Position numbers and translations under genes: made by a program. Of a stretch of 64,000 bases of DNA, positions 56,610 through 64,000 are shown piece by piece (positions within the stretch are counted from its first letter, which is position 1; each line of letters begins with the position of its first letter). The notes beneath the pieces were generated by a model. It was not told where the DNA came from. It did no database searches and worked only from the letters and a program-made list of their open reading frames with translations. The DNA comes from the human T2T-CHM13v2.0 reference genome, Homo sapiens. The DNA is taken from NCBI RefSeq assembly GCF_009914755.1, contig NC_060927.1. The stretch is one strand, 5' to 3'.

Positions 56610-57775
56610 TGAGCAGTGTGAAAAGGTGAGAATGACCCCTGGACCCAACAAAGCTCATGTATAGCTGCATCCCTGCAGCCAGTACCTACAACTCGCAGCT
56701 GTTGACACCATGCCCAAGAAAAAGGCTGAAGGATGAAACAAGGTTAAGAACAGACCACAGAAAAGATCCACAAGATTGTCTGCTAGACCTCCTTCTCCAA
56801 AGCTAGAGCCCAAGCCAGAAAAGGCCCCTACAAAGAAGGGAGAATGTTTATATAAAGAGAAAAAGAGAAAAACTTATGTCGGCAAGGATGGAAATAACTT
56901 TGCAATAAACAAAGATGTCAAAACAGACCAAGCACAGAAAGTTAAAGGTGTTCTGAGATGACAAGTGAAGTGTGTGCATTTTTTGATAACTCTGGACTTC
57001 TGGTGACTGTACAATTTGAAGTACTATTTTTTATCAAGTTTTATAAAAATGTAGAATTTAAGCTATGCTGTTAGCTCACAGAACACTTTATTGTTTTTTG
57101 GAAAGGGTCATATGTCACTAATAGAATGTCACTGAAGCTGGATTGATGTGGGGAAAACACCTTTCCCTTCTAGTTTTGAGACTTCCTCTTAGCTCCCAGA
57201 AGAGATTCTCTGGCATTGACACACATATCCAACTTAGCACAAATGCTCGTGGTGTAGAAAAACAAATTCATTTTAATGTTTTTTCTCCCTTTCCACCTTC
57301 GAAGCATAGGCTTAACTCCCTTAAATCCAGTCACCTTTTGGTACCTGACCCTCAATAATTGGTTACCAGTATGTCAAGCAATCTGGACTTGCCCACAAAA
57401 GAGCAGCAAGCAATCTGCTGCCCGCAAAAGAGCAGCAATTCCATTTCTAGACTGTAGGTCTTCAGAGAAATTCTGCCATTTTCATTTCACTTCCGGAAAG
57501 TGAGGGTCAGCTTGGGAAAAGTTGTTAAACAACATGCTAAATGGGAGATGTCAACCCTCACTCTAAACTTTTCCTGTTTAGAGCATCATATAAAGACTTC
57601 ATTGCATTTTATAGTAGCTTTCTGATTTTGGTAGCCCATTGAAGAAGGGAGTTTGAAAGTTGTTGCATACTGTTAATGATTGTCTGCCCATGTTCTACCT
57701 GAAATACCATGATTGTTTATGAAAAATAACTTTAATAAAGTTGGATACAGTTTGGCTTGGAGTAAATAAATAAAT
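56610..57775 (+). pseudogene. HMGN2: processed HMGN2 pseudogene
   Basis: MPKKKAEG*...[30 protein letters not shown]...GKDGNN...KTDQAQK from ATG 56710, with premature TGA at 56734. Intronless, with 3' UTR (gtgtgtgcatttttt...), AATAAA 57734 and a degenerate A tail. Confidence 0.92.
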
Positions 57776-59564
57776 GCTCTGCGCGCACGCGCGCATGTAA
57801 ATCCTGCCCTCAGGGAACTTGAATTTTGCCTAGTAGGCAAGAAGATTAAGAGAAAGATGTAAGCCAGGAAATACAGCAATTTGAGTAGGTATTATGTCTA
57901 GAGTTAAATCTTATGATGCTTCACCTCAGTGTTATAAAAAATTATAATGAACCAGTACCTTTGCTGGATGAGCAAACACAATGAGATAATGAGAGAGCTG
58001 TCAAATCTCAGTTGGATTTCCCAGATGAATTAAATTCCTCTGCATGGTTGATCCTGATGCTAATCCCAACACCTAGGTGATCCTTGCACTCTGTTTTTTT
58101 AACTTTCTCCTCTAATTAACATACTTAGTTCTACTCAGATTTCTTCATTCTTTTTTTTCATCTTTTCCCTAGCCATTAAAAAGTTAACTTTCCAACCTGT
58201 GAATGCATCTCAACCTCAAGTATTTGCATGGATGAGCTTCAAAAGGCCTATATGTTTCTTTAAAAAGGTTTTTATGGGAGAAATTTTTTTGAATTTAAGA
58301 TATTGCCCTAATCTTAACAAGAACAGGGCACTAATCAAATCCCTTGTTGGTTAAAAATCAATATCCTTCTTGTCTTATTTAAAAGTGTCTGCCAAAGACC
58401 TTGAAGGCATTACATTATTGTAAAATTTTCAGATGAATTTATTAAAAGATGTATTCTTATATTTACCCATGCTCTGTGTCTATTTTTGTCCCATTGTTTA
58501 CATCAATATCTTTTTCCATGCAACTTCCATTCTTTATTTTTTCACTGGGACAGTACTATCACATTGTTGAACCTGGTCAACCAAAGATTCGCTTAATGAC
58601 TTAACTCTATAGACATTGATTAAACACCTTCTCTGAGCAAAGTAAAATGGTAGCCACTCAGGTAAATACAAAGATAAATTATCAAATATCCGATTCTCCT
58701 AAAGTTCACCATCAAGTGGAAGAGGTGGTGATAATACACATAATTCAATGCCTGTGTAAGATATTGAGGAAAAAATAGAGAAGGAGAGTAAAATCGAGAT
58801 GCCAGAATTTCTGGCAATAAACTAAAGCATCAAAGAAGTCTTCATAACACCTGTAAATCTCAGGATTTCTCTGGTAGATTTTGTTAGAAATGACAATATT
58901 CAAAACAGTTTTCATCCTCCCAGCTGGGAATAGCTATCAAATCATAAGTCCAAGTTTTCTCATAGTTCACTAAATTCTCTTGGGTCTTGAAGAAGATAGC
59001 CAAAAAGCTATCAATTGATATTCACATTATTTTGGTGATATATAGAATATTTCATAAATTTGACATAGTAAAATATTTAGCTCCTTTTAATGGTGGCAAA
59101 ATATACTTAGATATAAAAATGCTCACTAAAAATGTAGACATCTGTTATACCCACTTGATTATGTTCAAGAGTTAATAATTGATTTGTGTGAAATAAAAGA
59201 TTGAAAGACAATTAACAAGAGAAATTGATTCTTTTTATGAAAAGGAGACTTGCTGCTCATAGAAAAATCATATGGGAAAAAATATATTCAATTTTATGCC
59301 CAAATGATCAAGTATTGAGAATTGAATAAAGAATTGGCAAAAGTGCAAGGACTCAAAATCCCATATGTACGTGTTCAAGAAGTAACTATAAGATGTGTCC
59401 TAGCAAACTGTGGTAGAAAAACAAGAAAAAGGTAGATTGGTATCTAGAACATAGAGAACCAAACACAGAGAGCTACACAGTGGAATTTTACCAGGACAGC
59501 CATGACTTAGGCTAGAAAGTAACCAGTATGGGTCAAAGCAGGAAGAACAAGGACTCCAGGGATA

Positions 59565-59910
59565 TCTTAGTTTATTTGGGCTGCTATAACAAAAAATGCC
59601 ATAGACTAGGTGGCTTGCAAACAAGAGAAATTTATTTCTCTAGAGGGTGGAAAGTTTAAGATCAACGCTGTGGTAGATCCAGTGTCTGGTTAAGGCTGTC
59701 TTCCTGATTCATCAATGATAACCTCACTTGGTGGAAAGCGAAGAGGAGGTCACTGGGGTCTCTTTTATATGAGCACTAATCCCATTCAGGAGGGCTCCCT
59801 CTGCCCAAATGAACTATTCATCTCTCAAAGGTCTTACCTCCAAATAGCCTCACATTGACAATTAGGTTTCAATATATGTATTTTGGGAGGACATAAACAT
59901 TTTGTTCATA
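59565..59910 (-). mobile_element. MLT1/MST-type MaLR LTR
   Basis: tcttagtttatttgggctgctataacaaaa...ttttgggaggacataaacatt. Confidence 0.75.
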
Positions 59911-60446
59911 ACAAGAGGTAAGCTTTATAAATTATTATAGTTATTTGTACATTTGAGGAAATAATAGTGGTGAGTTTGGTTGATACGACAGGATTTGTAA
60001 AGGTATATGGAAATTCAGACAAAACAAGAAAGAGAATAAAGCAGTTATGAATTCCAAGAGTAGCAAAAGACTGCAAAAAAGTAAAATACAATAATGGTAT
60101 ATTACTTAACTCATTAACAAACAATATGTACATAGTAAATACTGACAATAACTTAAGCAAATGTTTTATAAGATATTGAGAAGGTAGAGGAAAGGAAGAC
60201 AGGTTAGTGCAAAAGAGAGAAATTTGTAAGTCAATAAGTAAATCTACATGTGATAAATCAAGAAAAAGTGATGTACATATATAATTTAGATATGGAAGAG
60301 GGAGAAATGTCAGAAGACTCAACTAAATTTGTTATGTCTCTGGGTAATGGCACTGGAAATGAAGAAACGTGGGAATGTATCTGATGTTTATTATAACCTT
60401 TTATTTTTAGAAAGCTATATGTATATTATTTTGATTAAAAATCTTT

Positions 60447-60815
<369 letters not shown>

Positions 60816-62384
60816 CTAAGTAGGAAGGAATTTGTTAAAGAATATAAATGGAGCTAAGGAAACAGAACTGACCATCCAAAGAGCACACAGAGATTTGGTC
60901 CAACAAAGAAATTTCTACCACCAAAAGTTGCTATTCCAGCTAACACACTTTCCAGAAAAATGGATGCTACACTTCCAGGTTGCTTACTTTTGAATCAGTC
61001 TTCTAGAGAGTGAATGCTATGTCCTCAGCTGAGAAGCAAAGGAGTCTAGAAAAGTGAATTTTCTGGATCCTCCTTTGAAAAAGCAAAACTTTAAGTGTGG
61101 AGAATTATCCAAATATAGACAAGGAGTTCAAAAAATACTGGGCATCCAGAAATGATACAGTTTAGTACATACAGATGCATAATTCCTCTCCTAGAATGTA
61201 TGTTTTTCTCAATGATATCTGACCATTTAAATAAAAGCTTCATTAATAATTCTAAAAAAAATCCTAAGAAAATGTTGTAATTCTGGATTGGCTACTTCTG
61301 GCGACTCATGTGTTGCGATGGGCTCGATATATCTTAGCATAATCTAGTGAGTATAGATTCTGGGCTGGAATTTAACAAAGCAAGTTTGAATAACAGCTGG
61401 AACATTTTGTTATATGGAAAGATACAGAAGGCCAGATTTAAACATTAACACCTTCAGAAAATAGTTATGAATGGCTTTGTACTGCTAACTTTATTTCTTC
61501 TGCACACTACACATTAAATGTTCTTTTGACTTTAGCTGTAAATTGGCCATCTTAAGTACAAGTTTGATGAGTGTATTTTTCTTTAGCTAAAATTACCAAA
61601 AATTACTTTACTTATTAGCAGTGATTATGTGATCGTCAACTATGTTAAGAAGTAAACATACCGATTCATCTTCAGGATAATTATCTCTGAATAATTAAAG
61701 GCAAGTGAAGACATAAAGAACACGAGAAAATCAAGTCCAAATCCATTCTATAATATAGAACAAAAATTGGAATAGTTACCTGGTGAGATGAATCCCAGTT
61801 TCATTTGCTAATCTGAGTCAACATAACATTAGGAAACTAGGCTAGCCTAACAATTTAAATATTATTTATATATCCAGAAAACAACTCCTAGGAATATAAT
61901 CACTCCAAAATTCTTCAGACACATGAGTCCTTCAAGACAGAATCACAGATAGTAGATATCACGTAATAGCATCCCATTAATTATGTTCTGCTTCTGGGAA
62001 AGGTGATAATAGTCACTGATTCACAAAATGTATGTGGTGGGAATAAATTTAGAGTTGATCTTATATATATCAGGCTCATTTTACAGATCATAAAACCCAC
62101 AATGTTGGAATTAAAAATAATCACACCTTCATTTTGCATGTGAAAAGAAAAACTCAGAAAGTAAAAGCAATAACGTATGTGGCAGAAAATGCTTGGAACA
62201 CAGATTTCTTGATATCAAAGAAGTAAGGAGCTAAGAAATCATGTCAGACAGCGTACACATCTTAACTGCTACACTATACCGCCCCTTGACGAAAAAGGAA
62301 AAACAGTTAATAAACATGAAAAGTCCAATTTTAACAATAATAAAGATATGCAACTTAAAACAAGAAGAAATCACATTTCACATG

Positions 62385-63245
62385 TAGTTGATCTCATTAG
62401 TCACAGTAATTATGTCCTATAAAGTTGTTGAGAATACTACAGTAGTGAGTACTGAGTCATTGCTTTTAAAAGAAATATAGGATAAGACTCCTGTAAGATT
62501 TCAGTGACAACATTTTTGTCAAATGATTAATATATTAATATAATTTAATTTCATTATATACAGTAACTGAGAAGGGTTTAACATTTTCCTAATCCTGGGT
62601 GACATGAACATAAATTTCTTTGGCATTTGGCATCACAACAAGGCTACCTACTATTCCTTTTTTTACTTGTCATCTTATAAATCTACAAAGTTCGCTGCTT
62701 TTCCATCTTTTCCATGTCATCAGCCTGGACTATAGATGTTACTTGAGCATTTTTCCAGAGCTGCTCACATACAGAGGAACAAATTTTCACTTGCTTTTTC
62801 TGGATGTAGCATAGCGTTGACTTATTAACATTAACCACATGTTCAACAGCACTATAACTCAGCCCTGAATGAAGCTTATTGGACATACGTATTTTCTCCA
62901 GAAGACACATTACAGCTTTCTTACAGATAGGAACACTAGACAGCACTTTAGCACTGGGATTGGGGACCATTTTAAACAGCAAAACCACTAGCAAAAGCAC
63001 AAAAATGCAAAAATTTTGGCACTAAATTGACCTAAAAGCGATGCCTGTTTACAATAAGAAAGTTGAAACAAGAAGGCAGAGTGTTGCCTTGTTCAGCTTT
63101 AGCTGGATATGTGTCAAATTTTTTGCCCAACTTATTCATTCATGAATGCTCATGAATGACCAGGAAAGTGCTTCAGGGTTTCAAATACATCTTAATGAGT
63201 AGGCAAATTCAAGAATACAGAATTTATGAATAATGAGGACTGGTT
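62385..63245 (-). mobile_element. Tigger-family DNA transposon remnant (MER82/Tigger6-like) with transposase N-terminus
   Basis: Minus ORF 62683-63000 resembles Tigger/CENP-B HTH (VLSSVP..KKAVMCLLEKI..LHSGLSYSAV..NVNKSTL.YIQKK). Confidence 0.75.
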
Positions 63246-63398
63246 ATATATTGACAAAGAATTAGATAAGATTAGTGTTGGCAAGGATGAGGGACAGTGG
63301 ACACACTCCACTGCTGGTGTGTGCCTTTTGGATTAGTACAGAATTTCCAGAAGCCAACTTGGAAATACAAATCAGAAACTTTAAAATTGTTCACATGC

Positions 63399-64000
63399 TG
63401 TGATGGTTCATTTCATGTGTCAATTTGACTGGGCCACAGGTTGCTCAGATGTTTGAACAAACATTATTCTAGATGTTTCAGTGAGGGTGGTTCTGGATGA
63501 GATTAACATTTAAATTGCTAAACTGAGTAAAGCAGGTTGCCATCCTCAATGTGTGTGGGCCTCATCCAATCAGTGGAAGGTCTGACTAGAACAAGAAAGC
63601 TGATCTTCCTCTGAAAAGGAAAGAATTCCTTTGGCCTAATCACCTTCAAACTGGAACATCAGTTTTTTTCCTGCCTTTGGACTCAAACTGAAGCATCTAC
63701 TCTTAATGAATCTTGAGCCTTCAGATGGAACTACACTGGCTCTCCTGGTTCTCAGGCTGTCAGATTCAGCCTAGAACCTACACTACTGGCTCTTCTGGAT
63801 CTCCAACATGCTGAATCATCATGAAAATTTTGGGACTTGTCAGCTGCCATAATTGCATAAGCCAATTATTTATAATAAATCTCTTTACATACATATATAA
63901 ACACATGATGTATATGCATTCTATGTACACGCACAAATTGTGTGCATACATTTGAGCATATGTGTGTGTCCATATATATGCGTGTGTATTGGTTGTTTCT
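63399..64000 (+). mobile_element. MLT2 (ERVL) LTR, runs to window end
   Basis: tgtgatggttcatttcatgtgtcaatttgactgggccac. Confidence 0.85.

Overview
Primate (human-like) nuclear DNA: AT-rich, repeat-dense (Alu, L1, many ERVL MLT2 and MaLR MLT1 LTRs, a MER50 solo LTR, Tigger/MER DNA-transposon fossils). Most of the supplied ORFs are repeat-derived noise. The main signal is a spliced + strand gene hidden at ~507-18582. Seven exons with GT-AG boundaries assemble into a ~281-aa protein: a Ser-rich N-terminus with a DSGISS motif, about five leucine-rich repeats, an LRRcap ([17 protein letters not shown]) and a C-terminal CaaX box (CLVS), followed by AATAAA. All junctions are phase-compatible except one. 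The 48-nt exon 3 is one base short and ends in TAG, so the locus looks like a recently disabled unitary pseudogene, a polymorphic null, or a gene rescued by exon skipping. The right part holds two processed pseudogenes: a minus-strand cytochrome c retrocopy with ancestral-type residues, split by an L1 carrying a possible 3' transduction, and a plus-strand HMGN2 retrocopy. Repeat subfamily names come from memory of consensus sequences, and repeat boundaries are approximate. No search was run.
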